Part shown: positions 36,833 through 48,700 of the stretch, piece by piece
How positions within the stretch are numbered: position 1 is the first letter of the stretch
Layout of the letters: each line of letters opens with the position of its first letter
Origin: Podospora anserina
Taxonomy: Eukaryota
Direction: 5' to 3'
NCBI GenBank assembly: GCA_017654855.1
Contig: CM030332.1
Coordinates: forward strand, 7,192,001-7,256,000
Length of the DNA: 64,000 nt
Translations under genes and position numbers: made by a program
The notes under the pieces: generated by a model
What the model was told of the DNA's origin: nothing
Databases searched by the model: none
Seen by the model: only the letters and a program-made list of their open reading frames with translations

Positions 36833-39800
36833 TGTGAGGGATTGTCTGGTTGTACGGGGCGGCGCACAGATTAGGTGGGCGATTGGGTGGGATACTATCG
36901 AGTATCAAGGGGTCCCTCGAGGGTTTTTGGCGAGCTCGTCGTCGTCGGCGCAATTCAGTCTCACTCGTGATGCTGTTCCCGGGTTGGGCTTGGCATCTCA
37001 ATTCCGGCTTTACTTTCTGGCGGGAATTTCCGGCCAATGCGATGACGGGATTACGGTGTTTGGGGCACGGTGTTGGCACTGTGGGGTGTAAGCTAGAGGT
37101 GGGATGACGCTTGGGCCTTATCAACTTCATCTCAACACCTATGGTTTTACGGAGTATAGTGATCAGATCCCATCTCGCGCTCTGCGATTCATTCCTATTC
37201 TCTTGGTTTAATAAAACGTGGCGCTTTCTTAAACTGGACAGCACTGCCGATTCAGCAGGATCTCCGTATATGTCTTCCTGGCTCTCACAATCTAATGTCA
37301 TGGTATTGACACTATAGTTCTTCAAGTTCATCCCGGCTGCCTGGTCAAGCTCGTAAACCGATCCGCAAATGGCAAGCATGGATAGTCTCATGTCATAGCA
37401 GAAGCACAGATCTCTACGCGTATCACCAGTGTATCGAGTCCAAGATTGAGACCTCCATCACTCTTTGTCGGCCATGTTGGCAAACTCACAGCTTAACCAA
37501 GGCCTAAGCTAAAGATATCATTTTTGATCAGCCTCGATGTCTGAAAGCAACTTGACTACCTTCCACGGCCTTCCCGGGATATCGGATACGGTGAACAGAT
37601 CTGGGCTCGGCTTCGACAACGGCCTGTTAGATGATCTTCCAAGCATGGAAACATAGCCTCCGAGCCGATATGGTAAGATTCGTCGAGGATTGGTAAAAGA
37701 GTCCACCACCTCGCCACCACAGTATCTCACAGGGTGTAACGAAACAGAATACGAACAGACAGCGGTTACGCAGTCATTTCCGGAAGCCGTGGGCCACAGC
37801 TCCTTGGAACAGTAAATACAGCCCTCGGCTTGATGCTCGTACAACAACCACCATTGATCGAAGCGAGCGCCGAGGGATCGCGTGCAAATGTTAGCTTGGT
37901 CGAAATATTGATTGCGCCGTGTGTGTGGTGTGCCATGTGTGTTTTGGCCTCGGTATCCAAAATCGTGCCGGCGCGCGGGCTCTTGGAAGTTGGACGAGGC
38001 AGAGTTTAACTTGCCCTCCTTCGGCAGCTTCCGCCACAAACATGCTAAAACGTGCAAGAGTGTTCCGTTCCCAGGAAGGGATACATTCCGATTAGGTTGA
38101 TGGTGCCTGGGAGCGATTTAAAAAACGCATAAGGTTGAAAAAATGGCGCCCCCAGCCACATCACATCACCACAGGCCTCACTACTGCCCATCACCAAACT
38201 CTGTCATCCCGACTCTTTGACGATTTCCAAGTCCTTGGTTTATGGCAAATGGGAACACCCGGGTACCTGCCTTAAGCCTGCAGGCCAGTTTGTCGCTCTC
38301 TCAAGCCAGTGCCAGTGGCACAGGGATGCAGAAGTAGGGAGGCCTGTGGGACGGAACGGCGATCCTCCAGTTGTGCGGTGAGTGATGGGATGACAGTATG
38401 CTGTAAGCACGGTGAACATCCGCGATGGTGAGAGTCGAGTCGGAGAATATTGATCGCTTGGAGACCGGGCCGTAAGAGACTTGACAAGAGATCTTGGACG
38501 TCTCATATTTACAGAACTTCCGTCCTTTACTTTCCCAGCCGTCTTCTCGATGACTTGGCGACGGTAATACTTGGCACCTCAGGGCTAGTGTCTTGATTGT
38601 TTGTGTAGGTAGCTGTTTTCTTGGCGGGGCAAACTGTCGGGCAGGGGTTTGAGAAACGCCCTGGAAAACATTGGACCAATCAGAAGCTCCCAATGGCTCA
38701 GCTACCTCAACTTCTGAATCCCGTTGCTGCTGCCCCGCGCCCTATGAAATCGCTTTGAGCAAGACACCGACGACATGGTCGTCATGTCTTGGCTTTCCAC
38801 CCTGCCCCTGGACAACACCAACCATTTCCACCGCCAGCCCATGGATATGACCACTCAAGACCGCTCGGTCTGGATGCAGGCCCTCCGCCTGGTCTTGATA
38901 GGGTGCGAGTGGCAAGGAACTCCGGGGACAGTTTGCCCAAAGTTCTGTCAGCCAGAATGGGCTGGTCGCGCCGCAAAAACATGTTCCCTTTTGGCCCTTC
39001 GCTTCTGCGGCTCACTCAGGGGCAAGATGCGAGATGGCAGGCAGATGGGCAGATGCCACATCACGTACCTGGATCCCGTACATATCTCGGATGGTGCCGT
39101 CAAGTGACTCCAGTGCTGCCACGATGGTTTCTCTTTTTTAGTTTCCTGCCTTTTGTTTTTTAAACTTTGGAGAGTCTGTGTTGCCCTCCGACTATCATCT
39201 CCTTACCCTCGGCCCATTTTCCCATCCCTTCTATCGGGACCATCTTGGTTTGCCTTCTAGCCCGGTGCTTCAGTCACTCGGTACACGGACCAGAGTCGGA
39301 CTGTGTCTGGCTGTCTGTGTTATTGTGTGAGGGACGACTTGAAAGAGAAAAGGGCGGCATTTCGCAATTCGAACCGAACGATATCTGTCTCTTCTCACCT
39401 CGCCCACTTCCCTTCGTTTGAGCGATCCTCCCCACGAATTTTGGGATTCATCATTCGACATATATCTCTGGGAGCTCTCGCGCACACTTCTTTACGCGAG
39501 TTCCACGGTTATAACCTCTCTTTGTTTCTTGTCTGCCCTCTCTGGTTCACTTGTGCAGGCCAACAAAAGCACATTCACTTGGAATCCCGTGGGCAATCTC
39601 TATTGTCTGTCTTTTGGAGCCAACAACAATTGACTTTTCTCGACAACAGTACGGCAGTCGGCACACGACCTGGTCATCCACCCGGCTTGTTTACATTGTC
39701 TCCGCCCACAGCAGGCACCACGAAAATTATTACCCCAGGTTACGAACCAGACCGGCGACTTTCTAGCCTCGTTTCTAGAGACCGTTGCGATTGCGCTGGG

Positions 39801-40246
39801 CCAATAATTAGTGACATCTCCAGATCTGTGCCGGCGTTTCGGCGCCAAGTCAAGGACGGCCTCGACGACGGTCTCAATTTCGACCTGACGATCCTGGTCA
39901 AAGCTTCCTTTATCAACACAGGGTCACCAATCCTTTCTGGAGGTTGCCTGTCCACCGGGGGATTCTTCCTTGTTGTGGCCCTCAAGAGCACGCGAGGGCA
40001 GGGGACCTGCTCCTCTCGTCCTATTGTCCCTCCCTCTCCATTGTTGGCCACACAATAGCAATGTATGTGGCCTAACGTCCAATCTTGACGCGGATTCACC
40101 CACTGCGGTTCAGTGACAACAAACCGCTGGGAAAAGAAGCAAGTCACTGGGCGCATTGGAGCAATTCCATATCTGTTTGACGATCACGATCACTTCGACT
40201 TTTTCGACTTCGTTTCAATCTTCCATTCCACCACCCAACCATCAAG

Positions 40247-42169
40247 ATGCGTGGTCCCAGGATGGACCATACCCGGCGCGGGATCGCTGATCCAGACCTC
40301 ACTTTTCCCGAAGCACTACTTCAGCTACGAGACACAATACCAACAATCACCAATACCCAAGAAGTACCAATATCCAACCCTACCATCACCCCCTATAATA
40401 CAGGTCTCAACGGCGTCAATCAGCCAAACAACATGCTCTTCACCGACATCCTATGGTGGACATTGGGCGGCTTGGGGGTAATGATACTGCTCATCAGGAT
40501 AGGACAGTTGGCGTGGGCCAAGCTACGGCTGGTTTCGGCGATGAATACGAAGGGGAGGCAGCAGCATTTCTGGAAGGTCAAGCAATGGAGTTGGATGCCC
40601 GGTCTGAAGAGGTCACTCATCTACGCCCCCTTATGGAAGAAGAGGCACAACCGCGAGATCCAGCTCTCCAGCGCTGTCAACATGGGCACTCTCCCATCGA
40701 GACTCCAAGCAGCGGTCCTCCTCGTATACCTGGGTAGCAACCTCGCATACATGTTCGTCCTCGACTGGCAACAAGCAAACAAGTACGCCCTCTGTGCCGA
40801 AATTCGTGGCCGATCAGGAACCCTCTCCGTCGTCAACATGATCCCCCTGATCATCTTTGCCGGTCGCAACAACCCCCTTATTGGCCTTCTCAACATCAGC
40901 TTCGACACCTACAACCTCCTCCACCGATGGATGGGTCGCATGTCCGTCTTCGAGGTCCTCATCCACTTCATCGCCTGGGCTGTCGTCCAAGTAGCCGACG
41001 ACGGCTGGGAGGGTGTCAAGCACAAGATCCTCTACGACCGCTTCATCAGCTCTGGAACTGTCGGCGTCGTCGCCATGTTCGTCATCCTCGTCCTCTCCCT
41101 TTCGCCCGTCCGCCACGCCTTTTACGAGTCCTTTCTCAACACCCACATAATCCTCGCCCTCGTTGCCTTCATCTGCACCTGGATCCACTGTGTCTCCGCC
41201 ACCGTCCACGGCGGTCTCCCCCAGATCCCCTGGGTCCTCGCCATCTTCATCCTCTGGGGCGCCGAGCGCTTCGCCCGCGTCATCCGCCTCGCCTATGCCA
41301 ACCGGTCGTCTAGGGGTTATACCACCGCGACGGTCGAGCCCATGCCCGGCGAGGCCTGCCGAGTGACGATGCACCTCCCACGGCACATCCCCGTCAGACC
41401 CGGCCAGCACGCCTATCTGCGTTTTGCCGGTCTCAAACCCTGGGAAAACCACCCCTTTTCCATCGCCTGGTTCGAGCATACATACTCTCCTTCTTCCCTC
41501 CCCACCTACTCCTCTTCTTCATCCTCCTCAGAAAAACACCCCCCGGGAACAACCCCCACCTCCACCACCGTCAGCTTCATCATAGGCGCCCACACAGGCT
41601 TCACCCGCCAACTCTACAACACCGCCCGTGCCTCCCCCTTGGGAGCCCTCACCCTCCGAGCAGCCTTTGAAGGCCCCTACGCCGGCCACCACAGCTTCGA
41701 CTCTTACGGGCACGTAGTCCTCTTTGCCGGCGCAACAGGAATCACCCACCAACTCTCCTACATCCGCCACCTGATCAACGGCTGCAACGACCGCACCGCC
41801 TGCACCCGTCGGATCACCCTCGTCTGGATCGTGCGCGACCACGAGGTGTTGGAGTGGATCCACCCCTACATGGAGCAGATCCTGCGCCTCCCCAACAGGC
41901 AAGAGATCCTCCGGATCAAGATCTTTGTGACGAGGCCAAAGACAGCGATGGGGGTTAATGTCCTGAGCACGAGCGGGACGGTGCAAAAGTTGCCGGGCAG
42001 GCCGAACGTGGTCACGCTGCTGGCTAAGGAGCAGGATGAGCAGATGGGGGCGATGGTGGTTGGGGTTTGCGGTCCGGGGGGGTTGGGGGATGATGTTAGG
42101 GGTGCTGTTAGGGGGATGCAGGGGTTGGGGACGGTGGTGGATTTTGTGGAGGAGAGCTTTACTTGGTAG
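40247..42169 (+). CDS. Ferric/cupric reductase transmembrane component (FRE family), intronless
   Basis: GRNNPLI, LHRWMGR, RHAFYE, PGQHAYL, HPFSI, EGPY, GATGIT, VCGP and a C-terminal EESFTW. Confidence 0.93.
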   Translation: MRGPRMDHTRRGIADPDLTFPEALLQLRDTIPTITNTQEVPISNPTITPYNTGLNGVNQPNNMLFTDILWWTLGGLGVMILLIRIGQLAWAKLRLVSAMNTKGRQQHFWKVKQWSWMPGLKRSLIYAPLWKKRHNREIQLSSAVNMGTLPSRLQAAVLLVYLGSNLAYMFVLDWQQANKYALCAEIRGRSGTLSVVNMIPLIIFAGRNNPLIGLLNISFDTYNLLHRWMGRMSVFEVLIHFIAWAVVQVADDGWEGVKHKILYDRFISSGTVGVVAMFVILVLSLSPVRHAFYESFLNTHIILALVAFICTWIHCVSATVHGGLPQIPWVLAIFILWGAERFARVIRLAYANRSSRGYTTATVEPMPGEACRVTMHLPRHIPVRPGQHAYLRFAGLKPWENHPFSIAWFEHTYSPSSLPTYSSSSSSSEKHPPGTTPTSTTVSFIIGAHTGFTRQLYNTARASPLGALTLRAAFEGPYAGHHSFDSYGHVVLFAGATGITHQLSYIRHLINGCNDRTACTRRITLVWIVRDHEVLEWIHPYMEQILRLPNRQEILRIKIFVTRPKTAMGVNVLSTSGTVQKLPGRPNVVTLLAKEQDEQMGAMVVGVCGPGGLGDDVRGAVRGMQGLGTVVDFVEESFTW

Positions 42170-44400
42170 TGAGCAGGACAGTAGGGGTTGGGGGGTTGGG
42201 GGGTTGGTTCACTTCGATGGTATTTATTTGCTTTGGGAGGGTGGGTGGCTTGGTGATTCGGATAGGATAGGGGGTTAACATTCTTTCTCTTTTCTCTATT
42301 CCCTTGGCCTTTTTATTCTTGGGTGGGTGGTGGTTTATCACTGGGTTTTGTGTGATTGTTTTGTAAATAACAGGACATGAAGGGTGCTTTTGTGTATGAT
42401 GTTGCTGGATAACGGGGAGGGGGGGAAAGAGCGTTTTATATACCCTATAGACGGGCCTTGGCTTGACACGCAGAAAGCGAATGGCTTTATGGCTTAGATA
42501 TGGAGAGGCAAGATAATTGATATGAATTACTGTATCTCTGGTCTTCTTTCTCAATTTCATGATATACGACGTCCAATGATGTTCGCTGATGCCACGCAAA
42601 CATCTGTCTTTTGCCCGACGTCTGAAGAGTTCAACTCAGGTACGTGTTTTATCCTTGAACGTGTTCCTGTGAATGTGATAGGCTGCTACCTGAACTTCAA
42701 ACTCTTGACAGACGGATGTCATGGAGTTCGGCTTTAACACTATGACACCAGAGGTCTCTTCAATTTGATTTCTGAATTTACAACATGCCTAAATTGAAGA
42801 CATGAAGGGATTGGTAAACCCAACATCCTGCCCTGTTGTCAATTCGCCCTTCAGTTTGGTACTTGACAGCTCCGTCACTTGACATCAAGCCCACGGGGCT
42901 GCAGGGCTCGGCTTTCCATCGTCGTGATGTAACTCGACATATCGTGTTCCAAGTTTCATGACCCATTGTCACCATTCTCGAAAAACACGGCTCAATATGT
43001 CCACAAACGTCACAAAGCCTTCAGTCTCGAGCACGACATATCCCAGAATGGACGTTTATACAAGCCAACTCCGACTTCGGCTTACACAACCACATGGCAA
43101 GGACCTCCATGTATAAGTCGATTACGTACAGCCACTTCAGCTGTTGATTTCGACTACAACCCTAACGATCAGCAATGTATCAGATCAGATGTTCCTGAGT
43201 AGCATTGATCGACAGCGGGAATAGTTGCAAGCTGGTGGTTATATGCAGGTTGCAACGTCTCCGTGCCGTTTCGTGGGGTAAACGTCTTTGGTACTGGTCT
43301 GTTCAGCCGTGCTTGGGGGCTCGGGGAACCTGGTTTTGAAGGTCATATAAAACAGGATTTCGGTGATAATTTCAGCAGCTGGATGGGTAGGACAGAAAAG
43401 GGGCAAAGGTAGGTGACACGGGAAGCGGAAAAGGGGCCGTATGTCGCGGTCTGTTTGCAGCATGCAGTCGAGGATGTAGGTATTCTCTGGTGATTTCGGG
43501 AACGGGAAGTGCCAAAAGGTGATGTGCCGGTAGCCGGTGAGGCTTGCGGGGCTCGGCATTGGGTGTTCTAGTGTAGTCGCGAGAAGACATGGCGCATGTA
43601 GGAGATATAAAACCCGTCGACGGGTGATGCACTTGGATATTGCTGATGACTGGTGGTCAAGAGTCCCATGTGTGAGTGTTGAGTTGATGGCGCCATCCGA
43701 TGCTTGTTCGGTTTCCAGCGGCCGTTGAAAGGTCGGAGGGTCCACATTTTACGTAGGTGGATTCTGATGCCCCTCCAAGGCCGGGGAACCCCTCTTCCGC
43801 TGGGAGCATGAGGTTGACCGGTGATCGGTGACGAATCGGATGGGGATCAGAGGCTTCGTTCCAGTTGCTATTTGACCTGCAAAGGCAGAAGGCCAAAAGC
43901 AGGTCGGCCTCAACGTCAACCCGCCCACGCGGGCCATGGATGGGCAGAGCGTTGCAGAGAAAGAAAAAAAGTTTGTGCAGGGCAGGCAAAGGAGTCGACG
44001 TTATTGGTTCTTGGCTTGCTAGTGGAGGGGTTCGGGTTCGGTGCTGGGGTAGGACAGGGATCAACTGCACGACCCCGCCAATCCATGGTTTCTGCTTTCA
44101 AACTTCAGGTATCTGTCCATCATGTGCTGTGTTCTCAAGGGCGCATCTCTTCTTTACGGCAAGCCCTCAACCGGCTGCCGACCGAGCTGGCGTGCTTGCT
44201 GGCGGACGTTGATTTGGTGGCGAGTCCCAGGAGGGCGTTTATGTATGAAAAACGGGACTCGGGCGAACGCTGGGCACTCAATGGCAACGGCAACCCCTCG
44301 GCTGGGTCCCATGCTTTCCTCTTTTGTTTTGCGGTAGTGGCATTCTCGGGCGCCCTTGGCCGGTCTTTGCGCCGTGACGATTACGGGGACTCACCTCGAA

Positions 44401-44407
44401 TGACTCA
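44401..44407. promoter_or_regulatory. Gcn4/Cpc1 response element TGACTCA upstream of LEU4
   Basis: Perfect TGACTCA about 380 bp upstream of the LEU4 ATG, with a near-site GGACTCA at 44387-44393. This is expected for an amino-acid biosynthesis gene. Confidence 0.6.
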
Positions 44408-44783
44408 GGCCCGCCAGCTTGTTTCGTCTCTTTAAGTATCCATGATCTACCCGTCCACCTAGATCTCCATTGTCCATATATTCCATATCTACCTACCTAC
44501 CACCTAGGCACACCTTTTTGTTTCTTGCTGCTTCTCATCCCAACTTCAACGGGCACTTGTCCGCCAATTTATCAAGAATCTTCCCTGGGCCCTACGAATA
44601 ATAAATACCTAGAGTCTCTCTCCACAAGCTCTAGGTGTCTGGTCCCTCTCAATTGCAAATCACAGTACACCTACTGCTCTCGGCCCACTCTACTTGCAGC
44701 TTAACTTCCTCCGTCGCACCTAAAGGCCGTTGCAAGGCATCCATCAAGCACCTCTTGATTCAACACCCCGCATCTCGTCCACC

Positions 44784-46878
44784 ATGCCTATGTAAGTTTC
44801 CAGGTTTGACCCCATTGTTTTCTATGGAACATGGCAGCAGAACACAGCAGGACAGCTTTCCCTAGTGCCACGAAACACAAGACTCAAATCCGGAAAACAA
44901 TGGCTAACCGGGGAATTTGTGGTGTCGTAGGCTCAAGGATCCCTCCAAGAAGTACAAGAGGTTCCAACCTCTGAACCTCCCAGACCGTCAATGGCCAGAC
45001 AAAGTCATCGAGAAGGCCCCAAGATGGCTGGCAACAGATTTGAGAGACGGCAACCAGAGTCTGGTTGACCCCATGGTATGTCTGGAGTCCGACTGCTAGA
45101 CAACAGTTCGGCTAACGATGTTCCCTGCACAGAACGGTGATCAAAAATGGCGTTATTTCCAGATGCTCACCGAGCTCGGCTACAAGGAGATTGAAGTATC
45201 CTTTCCCTCCGCTTCCCAGACCGATTTCGACTTCACAAGACGTCTGATCGAGACCCCGGGCGCCGTACCCGACGATGTCTGGCTCCAAGTCCTGTCGCCC
45301 TGCAGAGAGGACCTCATTCGCCGCACAGTCGATTCGCTGAAGGGAGCCAAGAAGGCCATTGTCCACATCTACCTCGCTACCAGCGAATGTTTCCGGAGGG
45401 TTATCTTTGGATTCTCGGAAGATGAGAGCGTGGTTCTTGCTTCCAAGTGTGCGGCTCTGGTACGGTCACTGACCAAGGACGATCCGTCGCAGTCGGGTAC
45501 CGAGTGGGCATTCGAGTTCAGTCCCGAAACTTTCTCGGATACCAGCCCAGAATTTGTTGTCAGGATCTGCGAGGCTGTCAAGGAGGCATGGGGCCCAACC
45601 AAGGAGAACCCCATCATTTTCAACCTCCCGGCAACCGTCGAGATGTCCACCCCAAACGTCTATGCCGACCAGATCGAGTACTTCTGCCGCAACATCTCCG
45701 AGCGCGAGAAGATCTGCGTGTCCCTTCACCCTCACAACGACCGCGGCTGTGCGGTTGCTGCGGCCGAGCTGGCCCAGATGGCAGGTGCCGACAGAGTAGA
45801 GGGGTGCCTGTTTGGCAATGGGGAGCGGACAGGAAACGTTGATCTGGTCACTCTTGCCCTCAATCTTTACACACAGGGCGTGACTCCCAACATCGACTTC
45901 TCGGACCTCCAAAAGGTCATCAAGACAGTGGAGGAGTGCAACAAGATCGAGGTTCACCCACGTGCGCCGTACGGTGGGTCTCTGGTGGTGTGCGCTTTCA
46001 GCGGATCTCACCAAGATGCTATCAAGAAGGGCTTCCAAATCCGGGAGAAGGAGGGTAAGGAGTACGACGACCACTGGCAGATTCCTTACCTCCCTCTGGA
46101 CCCCAAGGATATTGGTCGCGACTACCAGGCCGTCATCCGCGTCAACTCGCAGTCTGGAAAGGGCGGTGCCGCTTGGGTTATCCAGCAAAACCTGCATCTG
46201 GACCTCCCACGTGGTCTGCAAGTCGCTTTCGCCAAGGTCGTACAGGCTATGGCGGAGCAAAAGGGTCGCGAGCTCCTTCCCACTGAGATTACTGACCTCT
46301 TCCGGGAGACTTACCACCTTGACAAGAACTCCCGCTTCAACATTGTTGACTACAACATCAACCCCGACCGTTCCGCCTCTCCCGCACCTCCGGCCCCCGG
46401 CAAGACCCAGGATACTAAGAATCTGATGAGAGTCTTCGAGGGTGTCATTTTGATTGACGGCAAAGAGTACAAGCTCCGCGGCCGTGGCAACGGTCCGATC
46501 TCCAGTGCCGCAAACGCTCTCCGAACCATTGGTATTGACTTGGATGTCCAGGACTACAAGGAGCATGCTGTCGGCCGGGGACGGGAAGTCAAGGCGGCGA
46601 CATTCATCGAGTGCGTGGCCCCGGGTGTGGAAGAGAAGGTTTGGGGAGTGGGCATCCACGAGGATGTGGTCCAGAGCTCGCTGATTGCGCTGCTTAGTGC
46701 TGCCAGCAACGTAAGTGAAGTTGATGTACACCAAGTCATTGATAGTGAGAAGCTAACGCATTATTTGCAACAGTTTGCCAGCAGCCGCCATGGGAGCCCT
46801 ATTATTCCCAAGCAGACTCTTACCAATGGCGGCCTCCAAGTTCCGGACATGCAGTCCCTGGAGCACAAGGCCGAATAA
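44784..46878 (+). CDS. LEU4: 2-isopropylmalate synthase; introns 44792-44930, 45076-45132, 46711-46773
   Basis: [72 protein letters not shown] and GNGPISS. Confidence 0.96.
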
Positions 46879-48700
46879 GATGCCAACAAACGGGGCATGG
46901 GAAAAGACTGAGCAACGAGCGAAGACATGACTTGACACGACAGGCCTTGATTTTCATATGAGTTTATGCAGAGAGGATGGGAAAATTTGCTTCATGACAT
47001 CTCCTTGATCATCACCCTTTTTCCAACATTGTTATCGGCACTTAGTGGTGTTTGTTTGCAGTTATCTTAGCCGGGGGGTAGCATGGGTGCATCACGGTTT
47101 GAAAAAAAAAGGGGGCTTCGGGAGTGGTTTACTTAATACCAAAATTTGGGGGGGGGGTTGCTGAGACAAGTATTCGGTGAAAAGTTATGGTTTTATTTCA
47201 TGGTTGAACTTCATGGCTTTATATCATGGTACTTGGTGATTATTTTGAGAAATCGATTCAATGAAATCTTCAGAGACATCTGGAGTTGATTTATGCGCCG
47301 TGCCAGGTTCAGGCGCGGGGTGTGTTCAGGAATTTATCGTTTCATTGATCGCACTCATAGATACATACCTATCTATATTCAGAGACCAGCATTGTTTCTG
47401 TTGGGCCAGTCTTATGGTGGTGTTGCGATGTCGGACAGGTGGGTAAACCAACAAGGCTATGAAAGAGAAAGAGTCAGTGGTTGCCTTGCCCAGCCATGGG
47501 CGACCCTGATTGGTGGGTTTGAGGAGGCGCAGAAGTGTCTAGAAGCAGTTCCATTCAAAACAAACGGCCCTGCAGGGCTGAAGAAATAGATGTTTTTGTT
47601 TTTTTAACACGTGAAGGCCTTTTTCAAGACATGCTGATCCTTGACACAGGTGTCAGAAAGTGATTCGAGCATCGGTAAAACTTCAACAAAGCATGACAGG
47701 TCAGAAAGGAGTTGTGTAAGGCAAGGGTACTGACAGCAGAATCCAGAATCACAGTCTTCTTTGGGCATGCTGTTTTGAAGGGGTCGGCTCTTGCTCCCTA
47801 TCGGGCTGCCAGGCTGCATGACAGAGGGGAGAGCCCCATTCCTGTCGCCTTGCAGATTGACGAGATGGTCAGTGCTCTCGTGTCTAGCGAGGGGCAGCCC
47901 CGCCTAGAAACGTGTGCACCAAGGTTTTTGACACTGGGCTACCCTCCTGAGAACACCGCAAAAGTGCGGGGCTCCATATGGGTTCAGAGTCTGGCCGCAC
48001 AGTGCGGGGTCAGGACCACGGCAACAAGAACGTTCATTCACGTTGAGCGTCCACCGCTTATATTATGTAGAGCAAAGTAGAAACTGGTAGCGGTCTAGTC
48101 CAGAGTTTGGTTGCTGTCTGCTGTCTGCCCTGCATCAACTCCCCATCATCTTCTTCCTTTTCCAGTGACCGCTTCTCCTTGCCTTCCTCGATCACATCCT
48201 CGACAGAGACTAGTAGCTCGTTGGCAAATACCCAGGACAGTTTTTTGTGTGCTGTCTCGCAACCAACTCGTCTACATTCGACACACTCCTTTGCGTGCCA
48301 CTCGTCTCTGCCTAGCAGCCATACAGCGACTTTGTTCGGTTCCGGCATCCAACAGCTCTTCAGGCTTGAAAGTTGCGGTTGTTGACTCGAAAGACAGAGT
48401 GTATTGCCCAATCTCTACAGCCTTTTTCTTCCACTGTAAGTCGTGTTTTGTCGAACCAGAGAGGCAGACAGACGTACGTGTCTGGCTGTTTGGCTGCTTT
48501 TGGAGCTCAAAGGAACTAACAGCGGCACTAAGACTTTGTAGTCCTAATCCGATAAGCCCCGTGGATCCACGACCCCCCGCTTGTGTTCCACGCAAACTTT
48601 AGCTGCGTCGAATACCAACTTTCTCCCTGTCAACACTCCCCTCCTCTCACCTTCACACCAACCCGTTTTCCATCCCGGACACGGTATCCAGACAGCAACC

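Noticed and set aside
39303..40058. 251-aa ORF upstream of the second ferric reductase
   Set aside because: Non-ATG start, pyrimidine-rich leader-like composition, no motif
45466..46734. 422-aa antisense ORF over LEU4
   Set aside because: Shadow ORF produced by codon bias in the sense gene
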